Shown piece after piece: positions 10,176-22,300 of a stretch of DNA of 57,429 bases. This DNA is from a virus. Its lineage: Duplodnaviria > Caudoviricetes. The translations under genes were made by a program, and so were the position numbers. Numbering within the stretch: position 1 is the first letter of the stretch; each line of letters opens with the position of its first letter. Location of the stretch: IMG/VR virus record IMGVR_UViG_3300023184_000150, positions 1 to 57,429 of that record. One strand, 5' to 3'. The notes under the pieces were generated by a model. It made no database searches and was not told the DNA's origin. It was given only the letters and a program-made list of their open reading frames with translations.

Positions 10176-12461
10176 ATGGGTTTTGAAAAACGATCACGCT
10201 CTCCGCTAGCCACACCAGGACCGTTCCTTGCTGAAGTAACCAGCCATCTTGATCCTACATACATGGGTGGATTAGAAGTTGCTCTGCTCAAAGGAATGCC
10301 TAGCATATCCAAAGAGCAAGGAGAAACTTATGTAGTTAGATATCTAAGTCCATTTAGTGGAGTTACATCAATAAGATTTGAAGGAACAAATAGTAGCGAC
10401 TTTAATGATGTACAAAAAAGTTATGGTATGTGGATGGTTCCTCCTGACATCGGCGCCACTGTTATGGTAATATTCATTGACGGAGATCCTAATCAAGGTT
10501 ATTGGATGGGGTGTGTTAGTGATGTTTTTCAAAATCATATGATACCCGGTATTGCTGCAAGTAGGCAAACTGAAATGACTGATGAGCAGCGTAGAAAATA
10601 TGGTACAGATTATCTACCAGTTGCTGAGTTCCATAAAAAATCAAAAGATTTACAAAATCCAAATCCTGAAAGATTTAAAAAACCTATACATCCGTTCGCT
10701 GACAGATTAGTACAGCAAGGACTGTTATTAGATCCAATTAGAGGAGTTACATCAAGTAGTGCTAGACGTGAAACTCCTAGTGGAGTATTTGGTATTTCTA
10801 CACCAGGCCCATTAGATACAAGCGCAGGGGCAAAACGTGGTAATATAGGATATGGAGCAGGAAAAGCCGCACCTGTAAGTAGGCTAGGCGGCTCAACATT
10901 TGTTATGGATGATGGTGACGTTAATGGTCAAAATGAATTAATAAGATTGCGTACCAGAACAGGACATCAGATATTAATGCATAATACTTATGATTTAATT
11001 TACATAGCAAATAGTCAAGGTACTGCTTGGATTGAATTAACTTCTAATGGTAAAATTGATATATATTCACATGATAGTGTAAGCATACATACGGAACATG
11101 ATTTTAACTTTCTTGCCGATAGAGATATTAATATTGAAGCAGGCCGCAATATTCATGTCAAAGCAGGTAAGAATATGGAAACCAATATTACAGGTTATAA
11201 TTACCTTACTGTAGATGAAAATCAAAAGATTGCTATTAGAGGAACACATGACGAGACTATCGGCGATACAGTTAAAATAACAGTAGGCAATAGTTACAAT
11301 TTAAATGTTTCACAAGATATTAAACAATCTGCAGCGGGAACTATTAATCTTAAATCGAACGGAAATATTAATTTAGATACACAGTCACAACTAAATTTGG
11401 GTGCTGTTGGAAATATGATCGGTACCGCAGCAAATATTCATTGGAATGGTCCAGCTGCGGGACCTGCTACCGCCGCTGATAACGCAGAAGTACCACCAGA
11501 TTTACCATTGTTTAGTTTGCCTCAACGATTAGTAAGTTGGGGATGGAGTGACGGAAAGTTTTATAATACAGGAACAATTAAAACTATCATGCAACGTGCT
11601 CCGACACACGAACCTTGGCCACAACATGAATCGATTAACCCATTGCAATTTACTCCACCGGCAACTGATGTTACATTAGCAAATAGAACAGCATCAGGAA
11701 TTCCACCAAACCCAGCAGCAGACAAACAACCTCCTGCAAATCCACCTGATGTAACTCCGGGAACATGCACTCCTGAATATTCTAAAGACATTAATGCTGG
11801 TTCTTCTCAAGAAGGCATTAGTGCTATTAAAGCCGCATGTGCAAAATATGGATTAACTACTCCGATTGCAGTAGCATCTTTATTAGGTATAGCAGGCGGA
11901 GAATGTCGATGGAAGCTAGTTGAAGAAGGATTTAACTATAAAGCAGATAGATTATTACAAGTATTTCCTAGCGTGTTTAAAGGTGATGCTGCCCTAGCAC
12001 AACAGTATGCAGGCAATCCTAATAACTCCTTACCTGAATTCTTATATGGATATACTACAAATAAAGGAAAAGGCCTAGGAAATACACAATCCGGAGATGG
12101 TGGAAAATATATAGGTAGAGGGTATATTCAATTAACTGGTAGAAGTAATTATGCTAGGTATGGAACAATGATTGGACAAGATTTAATTGGAAATCCTCAA
12201 CTATTAAATACTCCAACTATTGCTGCTGAAGTTGCTGTTAAGTATATGTTAGATAGATGTAAAGTTGCTCAGTCAGATCCTGGTTATTTTGAAGCAGCAT
12301 GTAAAGCAATTGGATTTAACACTCCTGATATTCATACTCGTAAAAAAGGATATTATGAATGTTTCTTGGGTCAATTACAAGGCAAAATGCTAAGTTCTGG
12401 CAATAATGGTATTGTTACAGATAGTAGTGGTAACCCAATTAAGACCGGGTCTGGTAGTTAA
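10176..12461 (+). CDS. Baseplate central spike (gp5/VgrG-like) with C-terminal GH19 lysozyme domain
   Basis: DP..MG.L.V and SYGMWMVPPDIGA OB-fold, beta-helix repeats, HEPWPQHE, and GH19 motif GDGGKYIGRGYIQLTGRSNY. Confidence 0.85.
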   Translation: MGFEKRSRSPLATPGPFLAEVTSHLDPTYMGGLEVALLKGMPSISKEQGETYVVRYLSPFSGVTSIRFEGTNSSDFNDVQKSYGMWMVPPDIGATVMVIFIDGDPNQGYWMGCVSDVFQNHMIPGIAASRQTEMTDEQRRKYGTDYLPVAEFHKKSKDLQNPNPERFKKPIHPFADRLVQQGLLLDPIRGVTSSSARRETPSGVFGISTPGPLDTSAGAKRGNIGYGAGKAAPVSRLGGSTFVMDDGDVNGQNELIRLRTRTGHQILMHNTYDLIYIANSQGTAWIELTSNGKIDIYSHDSVSIHTEHDFNFLADRDINIEAGRNIHVKAGKNMETNITGYNYLTVDENQKIAIRGTHDETIGDTVKITVGNSYNLNVSQDIKQSAAGTINLKSNGNINLDTQSQLNLGAVGNMIGTAANIHWNGPAAGPATAADNAEVPPDLPLFSLPQRLVSWGWSDGKFYNTGTIKTIMQRAPTHEPWPQHESINPLQFTPPATDVTLANRTASGIPPNPAADKQPPANPPDVTPGTCTPEYSKDINAGSSQEGISAIKAACAKYGLTTPIAVASLLGIAGGECRWKLVEEGFNYKADRLLQVFPSVFKGDAALAQQYAGNPNNSLPEFLYGYTTNKGKGLGNTQSGDGGKYIGRGYIQLTGRSNYARYGTMIGQDLIGNPQLLNTPTIAAEVAVKYMLDRCKVAQSDPGYFEAACKAIGFNTPDIHTRKKGYYECFLGQLQGKMLSSGNNGIVTDSSGNPIKTGSGS

Positions 12462-12467
12462 TAAATA
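12461..12467 (+). promoter_or_regulatory. Putative late promoter (ATAAATA)
   Basis: Variant of the T4 late element TATAAATA, 4 nt before the gp25-like ATG. Confidence 0.5.
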
Positions 12468-12471
12468 TAAT

Positions 12472-12909
12472 ATGCCTTACAAGAATCTTGAAATTAATCC
12501 TGTACAATATAACCCTCAACATACTGATCAATTAAGTCAGTTTTATAAAGGATTTAGTACAGTTAATCCTAGTAACAGGGGATCTAAACTTTATGATTTT
12601 GATTTAATTAAACAAGATATACTTAATCAATTTAATACTCGTAAAGGCCAACGAGTTATGAATCCTAAATTTGGAACTATAATTTGGGATTTATTAATGG
12701 AACCACTAACCCCACGAACAAAAGAATTACTTACAGGTGATATTACCACAATTTGTAAATATGATCCTAGAGTGTATCCGTCTCAAATATCAATAAATGA
12801 ATATCCAGAAGGGTATATAGTAGAAATTGTTTTATCAATGAAAAATACTAATCAGTCTAGTGTTTTAAAACTAGCGTTTGATCAAAAGATTGGATTAAAA
12901 TTACAATAA
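12472..12909 (+). CDS. Baseplate wedge protein gp25-like
   Basis: LIKQDILN.FNTRKGQRVMNPKFG.IIWDLLMEP...DPRV. Start moved to MPYKN at 12472. Confidence 0.85.
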   Translation: MPYKNLEINPVQYNPQHTDQLSQFYKGFSTVNPSNRGSKLYDFDLIKQDILNQFNTRKGQRVMNPKFGTIIWDLLMEPLTPRTKELLTGDITTICKYDPRVYPSQISINEYPEGYIVEIVLSMKNTNQSSVLKLAFDQKIGLKLQ

Positions 12910-12930
12910 TCTGCCCACTTAATTACTACA

Positions 12931-12937
12931 ATAAATA
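12931..12937 (+). promoter_or_regulatory. Putative late promoter (ATAAATA)
   Basis: In the intergenic gap, 14 nt before the gp6-like ATG. Confidence 0.5.
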
Positions 12938-12951
12938 CGGTATAAACTATT

Positions 12952-15900
12952 ATGATACCATCAACAAACACAAAATTATTAGTCAGCGAAGATTGGAAAA
13001 AGATTTATCAATCTTTCCGTAATGCTGACTTTAAAAGTTACGACTTTGAAACACTTCGTCGTACAATGATTCAATATCTTCAGGAAAAATATCCTGAAGA
13101 ATTCAACGATTATATTGATAGTAGTGAGTATATTGCACTTATTGATGTTATTGCCTATCTAGGTCAAAATTTAAGTTTTCGTATTGATTTAAATGCTCGT
13201 GAAAACTTTTTAGAAACTGCTCAACGCCGTGACAGTATTTTAAGACTTGCTCAACTAATTAGTTATAATCCTGATAGAAACACTCCGGCTAGCGGCCTTT
13301 TAAAAATTACAGCAATTGCTACTACTGATAATGTGTATGATTCAAATGGTTCAAATTTATCCAATACAACAATAGGATGGAATGATCCCACAAATCCAGA
13401 CTGGTATCAACAATTCATTAATATTATGAATTCTGCTATGTCAAGTAATTTTGGTAATTCTGTTGATAGAAAAACTATCGATGGTATAATTACTGAAAAA
13501 TATCAGATTAATAGTTCAAATGCTGACGTTCCAATTTTTAATTTTTCTAAAAGTATAAATGGTACGGCGATGAATTTTGAAATTGTACCTGCTACATTTT
13601 CAAATAAAGACTACATTTATGAAGAAGCACCTGCCCCAGCAACTCCGTTTAGCATTATTTACAAAAATGATAATCAAGGAAGTGCTAGTGCTAACACAGG
13701 ATTCTTTGCACATTTTAAACAAGGTAGTTTAAGTGTTTCTAGATTTAATGTTGATTCTCCTGTACCAAATGAAATTATAGGAATTAATACACCCGATATC
13801 AATAATACCGATACATGGTTATGGCAATTAGATAAAAATGGAAATTTTTCTACATTATGGTCACAAGTTCCTTCTTTATTGGGAAACAATGTTATATATA
13901 ACAGTCTTAATAAAAGTATTAGATCTGTATATGCTGTAAGTACAAGAGACTTAGATCAAATAGATTTAAATTTTGCTGATGGTATTTTTGGAGATCTTCC
14001 TAAAGGGGAGTTTAGATTTTTCTATAGGCAAAGTAACGGATCTACATATATTATAAAACCTGAGCAAATGCGTGGAATTATAATTTCAATTCCATATACA
14101 AATGCATTAGGACAAAATCATTCCTTGCAAATTACCTTTAGCTTACAATACACTGTAACTAATAGTGCTGGTCCCGAATCTAATTCGAGCATACAAACTA
14201 AAGCACCTCAGGTTTATTACACTCAAAATAGAATGATTACAGGGGAAGATTATAATATTGCCCCGTTAAAAGCAGGATCAGACATTTTAAAAATTAAGAG
14301 TACTAATAGAATATCTAGCGGACTTAGCAAATATTTTGACTTGTCTGATGTTAGTGGAAAATATAGTAAAACAAATATATTTGCCACTGACGGAATTCTT
14401 TATAAAGAAGAAAAAGAAAATATAGTTGAATTTGAATTTATAGGAACACCGAATCGGAATCAAGCAGCAGCATTTATTAAAAACACATTAAATCCTATTG
14501 TATCATCTACTCAATTGCGATCTTTTTACTTTGACAATTATGATAGAATTGATTTACTAACAGTTTCAGCATTTTGGAATCTAGTAAATTCAATTCCAAA
14601 CGAAAGTCGTGGATATTTTAATCGAGGTATTGTTCCTACCCCAATTGGAACATTCTCTTCAACAGCATTGCAATATGTAGTTCCTGGATCTATTATAAAG
14701 TTTGTATCACCATATGGAAATTATTTTGATAAAAATAATAAACTTAGAACTATTCCTAGTGCAGGAATCCCCACTGGTGGTCGTTCATATATTTGGGCTA
14801 CAGTTAAGCAGGTAATAGGCGACGGTGCTAACTATGGTCAAGGTAAATTATCTGACGGGACAGGTCCGGTGGTATTATCAACATTTGTTCCGCAAGGCGC
14901 TATTCCTCAAGAAGTTATTTACAAATATAGTAATATCTTAAATTATTCTATAGAAACAGAAATTGCAAATATATGTATAACCAAAAGAAATTTTGGATTA
15001 ACAATTAATTCTTATACAAGACAGTGGAATATTATTCTTAATTCTAATTTAAACCCAACTGGTTCTTTTAGTATATCTAATCAAAATAATGTAGAAGATG
15101 CGGGGCTTGATGCTAGTTGGTTAATTGCATTTATTTGGACTGGAAAAAAATACAAAATCAAATATAGAACTTTAAATTATATTTTTGAAAGTAATAAAGA
15201 AACTGCATTTTTTAATAATAATTCTTCTGTAAATTATGATTATACAACCAATGCAGTAATTAAAGATAAAATTATTGTTCTTTCAATAAATCCTACAATA
15301 GAAAACTCGGGCGGCCTCGGGTATGATCATATATGGCAAATAGATGACTCTATTATAGAATCTGATGGATATGTTAATCCTTCAAAAATAAAAGTCAGTT
15401 TTTATGATGACACAAATACAGGACAAATTTTAGATCCTAATTCGTTTGATGAAATAGTAGGCACACAATATGTTTATTTTAAGCAAATAAATTCAAGCAC
15501 ACGATATAGTCTAACATCAGATGACATAATTCCTCATTATAATGAATATTCTGTACCAAATACGGAAAAAACTGACGGACAATTGTTTTATTTTTATTCA
15601 AAAGATGTAGATGTTGTTAAGTATTGGTCATCTACCTATCAACGATTTGTATATACTGATCAATATTTTGGAAGAATTGGTAGATCTGATATTAAATTTC
15701 AATACGAACATAATAGCGGGGAAGAACGAAGGATTGATCCTAGTAAATCAAATATTATAGATATATATGTTTTAACTACAACGTATGATAATGATGTAAG
15801 AAGTTGGTTACTTGGAAATGCATCATCAGAACCTATGCCTCCTACAAGTCAAAGTTTAGGACAAAATTATAATTCAACATTATTACCTATTAAAGCAATT

Positions 15901-16329
15901 AGTGATGAAATTATTTTTCACCCTGCTTCTTATAAAATATTATTTGGTACAAAAGCTAATGTTAATTTACAGGCAAAATTTAAAGCAGTTAAAAATCCTG
16001 ATAAAATATTAACCGACAATGATTTAAAAACAAAAATACTTTTAGCAATTAATGACTTTTTTGCTTTAGAAAATTGGGATTTTGGACAATCATTTCACTT
16101 TGGCGAATTATCAACTTATATAATGAATTTATTGACTCCGTATATCACTAACTTTGTTATAGTTCCAATTTCAGATAGTAATAGTTTTGGAAGTTTATAT
16201 GAAGTAACCTGTTTATCAAATGAAATATTTGTTAGTGGAGCACAAATAACCGATATTGAGATCATCGACGCTATTACAGCATCACAATTAAAGTCTTCTT
16301 CATCAATCATAACAACGAGCGGAACATAA
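12952..16329 (+). CDS. Baseplate wedge protein gp6-like
   Basis: DFETLR...ENFLETAQRRDSILRLA, FADGIFGDLP, QNRMITGEDY. Confidence 0.85.
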   Translation: MIPSTNTKLLVSEDWKKIYQSFRNADFKSYDFETLRRTMIQYLQEKYPEEFNDYIDSSEYIALIDVIAYLGQNLSFRIDLNARENFLETAQRRDSILRLAQLISYNPDRNTPASGLLKITAIATTDNVYDSNGSNLSNTTIGWNDPTNPDWYQQFINIMNSAMSSNFGNSVDRKTIDGIITEKYQINSSNADVPIFNFSKSINGTAMNFEIVPATFSNKDYIYEEAPAPATPFSIIYKNDNQGSASANTGFFAHFKQGSLSVSRFNVDSPVPNEIIGINTPDINNTDTWLWQLDKNGNFSTLWSQVPSLLGNNVIYNSLNKSIRSVYAVSTRDLDQIDLNFADGIFGDLPKGEFRFFYRQSNGSTYIIKPEQMRGIIISIPYTNALGQNHSLQITFSLQYTVTNSAGPESNSSIQTKAPQVYYTQNRMITGEDYNIAPLKAGSDILKIKSTNRISSGLSKYFDLSDVSGKYSKTNIFATDGILYKEEKENIVEFEFIGTPNRNQAAAFIKNTLNPIVSSTQLRSFYFDNYDRIDLLTVSAFWNLVNSIPNESRGYFNRGIVPTPIGTFSSTALQYVVPGSIIKFVSPYGNYFDKNNKLRTIPSAGIPTGGRSYIWATVKQVIGDGANYGQGKLSDGTGPVVLSTFVPQGAIPQEVIYKYSNILNYSIETEIANICITKRNFGLTINSYTRQWNIILNSNLNPTGSFSISNQNNVEDAGLDASWLIAFIWTGKKYKIKYRTLNYIFESNKETAFFNNNSSVNYDYTTNAVIKDKIIVLSINPTIENSGGLGYDHIWQIDDSIIESDGYVNPSKIKVSFYDDTNTGQILDPNSFDEIVGTQYVYFKQINSSTRYSLTSDDIIPHYNEYSVPNTEKTDGQLFYFYSKDVDVVKYWSSTYQRFVYTDQYFGRIGRSDIKFQYEHNSGEERRIDPSKSNIIDIYVLTTTYDNDVRSWLLGNASSEPMPPTSQSLGQNYNSTLLPIKAISDEIIFHPASYKILFGTKANVNLQAKFKAVKNPDKILTDNDLKTKILLAINDFFALENWDFGQSFHFGELSTYIMNLLTPYITNFVIVPISDSNSFGSLYEVTCLSNEIFVSGAQITDIEIIDAITASQLKSSSSIITTSGT

Positions 16330-16330
16330 A

Positions 16331-19300
16331 ATGGCGTCTTCTAATAAACAATCAGCAAACTTACTTCCTGAATATTTAAAGACAGATAAAAATTCAAAAT
16401 TTTTATCAGGTACAATAGATCCGCTAATTCAAACGCCTCAGTTAGAAAGGGTAGATGGATTTGTAGGATCAAAAATAACTCCTAATTATAATCCTTCAAC
16501 TGATTATTACCTTAAAGAGAATCTACCATTACGTTCTGAATATTCATTAGAACCTGCATTAGTGTTCAAAGATAAATCATCTAATATAACCGATGTAGTT
16601 GCATTTGATGATATTATAAATGAAATTAAAATACAGGGCGGAAAAACTGATGATTTAGATACGCTATTTAAAAATAAGTTTTATTCATACGATCCTTACA
16701 TTGATTGGGATAAACTTGTAAATTATAATCAATATTATTGGCTTACAACCGGTCCGGATACTATTGTAATAACACCTACTGAAAATATCTTTGTAGATAT
16801 GATAGGACACCCTTCATATACCATGCCTAATGGATATCCATTAAGTAATGGAATGAAAATAGTTTTTACAATTAGTTTTACTAATACATCAGAAACAACT
16901 ACTACTGTAATAACTTCAGGTACTTCATACATAGTCGAAGGAGTAGGCAGCAGCATACAGTTAATTGATTTTACATTATTGGAAGTTAATAGTTCAGTTG
17001 CAACTGTATATAATGAAACATTTGACGGCGACGCATTTGATTCTTATCCATTTGATGGCGATTCAAAATTGCCAGTTACTCCTGAATATATTACTATTAA
17101 TAGAGCAAGCAATGATTTAAATCCATGGTCACGGTACAATAGATGGTTCCATGCGGATGTTATCAAAGTTACTTCTGAAATTAACAATCATTCTTCAGTA
17201 ATATATCCTTTAGATAAAAGAGCTAAAAGACCAATTATTGAGTTTAAACCAAATATTCAACTTTATAATTTTGGTAATAAAGGTATTAGGAATGTTGATT
17301 TAATTGACGTAGATACAACTAGTACAAGTTTAGTAGATGGCACCTTAGGATACTATGTCGATGGTGTATTGTTAGAAAAAGGCAATCGTGTAATTTTTAA
17401 TGCTTCTACTTCTACAATATTCACTGTAAATTATGATGTTACAACAAATCCACCCACACTTAGATTAATTGCAAATACTTCTACTAAGTTATTAAACTCT
17501 ATAGAAGTAAATTATGGTTATGTAAATAGCGGAACTACATGGCATTATACAACTAAGGTTGTTAATAATGTAGAAATTACAAAATGGTGGAAATCACAAC
17601 AACATACAAAAATAAATCAAGCACCGTTGTTTGATTTGTATGATCAGTACGGAATTAGTTATACTGAAAAAAATTCTAATTTTACCGGAAATAAAATTTT
17701 TGGTTATGATGTAGGAACAGGAAAAAATGATAGTGTATTAGGTTTTCCTTTAAAATATCAAAATAGTGTAGGTGTAGGAAGTTACCTATTTAAAAATTAT
17801 TTCATGTCAGATGCTATTTCTCTTACCAATAATGAAAATGTAAGTTATAGTATATCTGCAGGAATTACATATTTTAAAGTTGCTGGTGAATTAAAAAATG
17901 TATGGAAAATAGCATCTAATTATAAAACTCCTATAGTTGAAATACAAACGGTTCCAACTTCTACTAGTTCTGTAATTATAACTTCTATAACCAATTCAGC
18001 CACTTCGGTTGTTTCTTTTGTTAATGGAAGTTTGGTTAAATCGTCATTAGGGGATGATGGATTATCTGTAATTTTTGATAATAAGTTATCTGTTAATGAT
18101 ACTGTATCTTTAGAAATTACTGCCAGCGATATCCCTAATTCAAACGGGTATTTTAAAACTCCGATAAGTTTAACAAATAATCCGTTAAATGGTAACATTG
18201 AAACAATGACATTAAGTGGATTGAGCGATCACTTATCAACCATGATAACTAGTGACTCAAACTTTAGTGGAGTATTTCCGGGAGTCAGCAATTTAAGAGA
18301 TATAACAGGATATTCTACATATGGCAAAAGACTAATAATTAATGCCAATCCTATTGCATTCTCTCAAATATTTTTAGGAAAAAAAGAACATAATGTAATT
18401 GATGCTATTCGATATGCAGCAGATCAATATAATCAATTTAAAATGAATCTGTTTAAGGCAATTTCTAATGTTGATAGTCAATTAACTCCTGCTGATGCAC
18501 TCGATGTTGCATTAAAAGAAATCAATGCTAATAGAGATACTCGTTCTCCTTATTACAATTCGGACATGCTAGGATATGGTCCGAATAAAAAAATATCGAC
18601 TAAAGTAGCTACAGTAGCAGGACCTAATCAGATAGTTTATATATCTGAGTTTTTTGACTTAACAACTCTTAGTACTCGGGCATTTTTTGTATATGTAAAT
18701 GATATACAATTAATTCATGGAACAGAATATATTTTTGATAATACAGATTCTAATACAATAAAAATTGTAAAATCGATCAGTGTGGGTGATATCATCACGG
18801 TAAATTACTACAGTAATACTAATGGATCATTCATTCCTGCAACTCCTAGTAAATTAGGTCTATATCCAAAATATAAACCTTTCAAATATACAGATACTTC
18901 GTTTTTATCAACTGATGCAACAGTTATTCAATGCCATGACGGTAGTATAATAAAATCATACGATGATTATCGAGATGATATTATTTTAGAATATGAAAAA
19001 AGAGTTTATAACAATATCAAAATAAACTACAATAAAAATATTTTTGATGTGTTAGCATCAATGCCTGGAGCATTTAGAAATAATGACTATTCGTTAGACG
19101 ATGCCACAGACATACTTTCTAAAGATTTTGTCAAATGGACCGGTATATATAATATTGATGTTACTACTAACAATGTATTTGACGAAGCTAATCAATTTAC
19201 ATGGAACTACGTAGAATCTTTTGATACCTTATTTAATAGTCCTGTGCCTGGCTATTGGAGAAGTATATACAAATATTTCTACGACACTGATCGTCCTCAT

Positions 19301-22300
19301 ACACATCCTTGGGAAATGTTAGGACATACAGACAAGCCAAGTTGGTGGGATACACATTATAATTGGGTTGATCCTCTTAAAAGAACCGCATTGATTATAG
19401 CTATTTTATATGGTTATACCAATGAGCCACCCGATACTACTATTAATAGTAACTATGCTCGTAGTAGATTTATATTCATTGTTCCAGTTTCTCTTTCAGG
19501 TGAGTTATTATCTCCTGCAGAGTTTTTAGTATCTGAAAATAGTTATTATAATAAAAAGTCAGAATGGAAATTTGGTGATGGCGGCCCCGCCGAAACTGCA
19601 TGGAAGCGGAGTAGTTATTGGCCGTTTGTTTCTAATATATTAGCCGCAACACTATACCCATCGTCTTATACTGCTAGTATGTATGATGTTAGTCGTACTA
19701 CTTTTAATATGTTAGGACAACTAATCTATAATAATGATTTGTATTTAAATCCATCAAAATTATTAATAGACGGAGATGTACAAACTGCTGGATATGGAGT
19801 GTATGTTGTTGAAAAAGGAAAACAAAAAGATCTACAGTATGTTGCATCTTTAAAACAAGACTTAACATATATTAATTTTAACCTATTTCATAAACTTGGA
19901 GGATTCGCTAGTAAAGATAAGCTACAAATTATTATTGATTCAATTGATCCAGTTTCTCAAGCACCTGGTGCTATTTTGCCGCTCGAAGATTATTCGTTAA
20001 TTTTAAATGTAAGTAATCCAATTAAATCAGCTAGTATTTCTGGAATTATTATTCAACGTTCGAACGGCAAATTTATCATCAAAGGATATGATAAAAATAA
20101 TCCATATTTTAATATTCTCAAACCTAATAAACAATCTCAAGCTAAAAGAATTACTGTAGGAGGAGTTTCTTCTGCATTCACAGATTGGACAGGAATTGTT
20201 AATAATGGAAATAGTGGTCTTAGTTCAATTGATATTACTTCAGCAGCTCCCAATACAACACATTATTATAAAACAGGTCAAATTGTAAGATATAACGGTG
20301 CTTATTATATAGTTAAAGTTGGACATACTTCACAATCTGTATTTGATCCTACATTGTTTCAAAAATTACCAGAACTGCCAATGACAGGTGGAGCAACGGT
20401 AGCATCTTATGCTAAATTTGAAAATGAAACAACTAAAGTTATATATGGAACTAGTTTTAACAATATACAAGATGTTTATGATTTGTTAGTGGGATACGGT
20501 GCATATCTTGAAAGTCAAGGATTTATATTTGATGAATACAATGCTGATTTAAATGATATTGTAAATTGGAAATTTACAGGTAAAGAATTCTTGTATTGGA
20601 CCACACAAAATTGGGCAGAAGGTAATTTAATTACATTAAGTCCATTCTCTGATTATCTAAAATATTCATTTGCAGACTCTATAGTTGATGATATTGCATA
20701 TAGCCGATATGAATATAGTTTGCTAAAAGCCGATGGTAAGTCATTTCCAATAGATAAATTCCGATTGAGTCGTGAAGATGGTGTTTGTATTATTAATACT
20801 ATAGATACATTAGATGGTATATTCTTTGCAACATTAAATTCTGTACAAAAAGAACACGGAATGGTATTCAATAATTCTACAATTTTCAATGACACTATAT
20901 ATGATATTGAAACAGGATACAAACAACAAAGAATTAAACTTTCGGGATTTAGAACTTTAGGATGGAACGGCGATTTATCAAGTCCTGGTTTTGTGTATGA
21001 CAATGTTAAGATTACTGATTGGAATTCTTATGGAATATATCTACCAGGAAATATTGTAAGATATAATGGTTCATATTACGAAGCAAATGTTAAAATTAGT
21101 AGTGATGCTACTTTTGATTTTAATAAATGGACAAAATTAAATAGTAAGCCTGAATCTAATTTGTTACCTAATTTTGATTATAAAATTAATCAGTTTGAAG
21201 ATTTTTATAGTTTAGATATTGATAACTTTGATGCCACTCAACAGCAATTGGCACAGCATCTTGTTGGTTATACACCAAGAACATATTTTAATAATATCTT
21301 TACAAATCCTATAACTCAATATAAATTCTATCAAGGATTTATTAAAGAAAAAGGAACAAAAAATGCTATCGATAAATTAGATAAAGTTGGTAAATTTACT
21401 CGTCAAGGAAATATAAAATTTAATGAAGATTGGGCTTTTAGAATTGGTGAGTATGGAAGTTTTAATACTTATAATGAACTTGAATTTACATTAGATGAAG
21501 GTGGAACATTAGAAAATCCTTACATTGTTAAATTAGTTGATGAATTGCCTTCTGATAAAAATCCGTTAATCAATTATATAGTTACTTCGGACCTATTGTT
21601 AGTTTCAGAAAATAATATTACTACATCGACATTTGTTACAAATCCATCGACATTTTTTGACAATAATCTAACATTGATTACTGCGGGTTATGTTAGAATG
21701 GATGATGTTACTGCTACGGCTTATAACAAAAATAGTTTATTAGATATTGCAAATAATTCTGTTTTATCAAATGGCGATACAATATGGCTGGGTTTCTTAG
21801 AAAATGGTGATTGGGGAGTTAGTAGGTATTCAAAACAATCAGCTAAAATTGCAGGAGTATATGTAAGTGCGCCAGCAACTTCAATCACTTTCACTACTGA
21901 TAGAAATCATGAATTATCAGTAGGAGAAATTATATCCGTGGTAAGATTTAATAATCAAGTTAATGGCATACATATTATTACAGATATTCCTAGACTAGAT
22001 CAATTCACAGTTGCATCAGCATTAACAACAATCGTTAATGCTGATTTATTAAGCTATGGTGAATTATTTAAATTTGAAAATGCAAGATATGCAAATGTTG
22101 AAGAACTTTCTAATATAAAAACTTTATTACGTTATAAAGAAGGGGAGAAATTTTGGATAGATGAAAACGCTGATGGAAAATGGCAAGTTTATGAAAAGAC
22201 AAAAAATTATTCCACCGCTACTAATTTTGTAGGCCCGGCAACGCCATTAAATCAACACCTCGGACAATCTATATATTCATCAGATAATAGTGATGTTGTG

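Noticed and set aside
5563-16329. Bacterial T6SS or extracellular contractile injection system
   Set aside because: Flanked by T4-like replication, recombination and late sigma genes, so this is a phage baseplate module.
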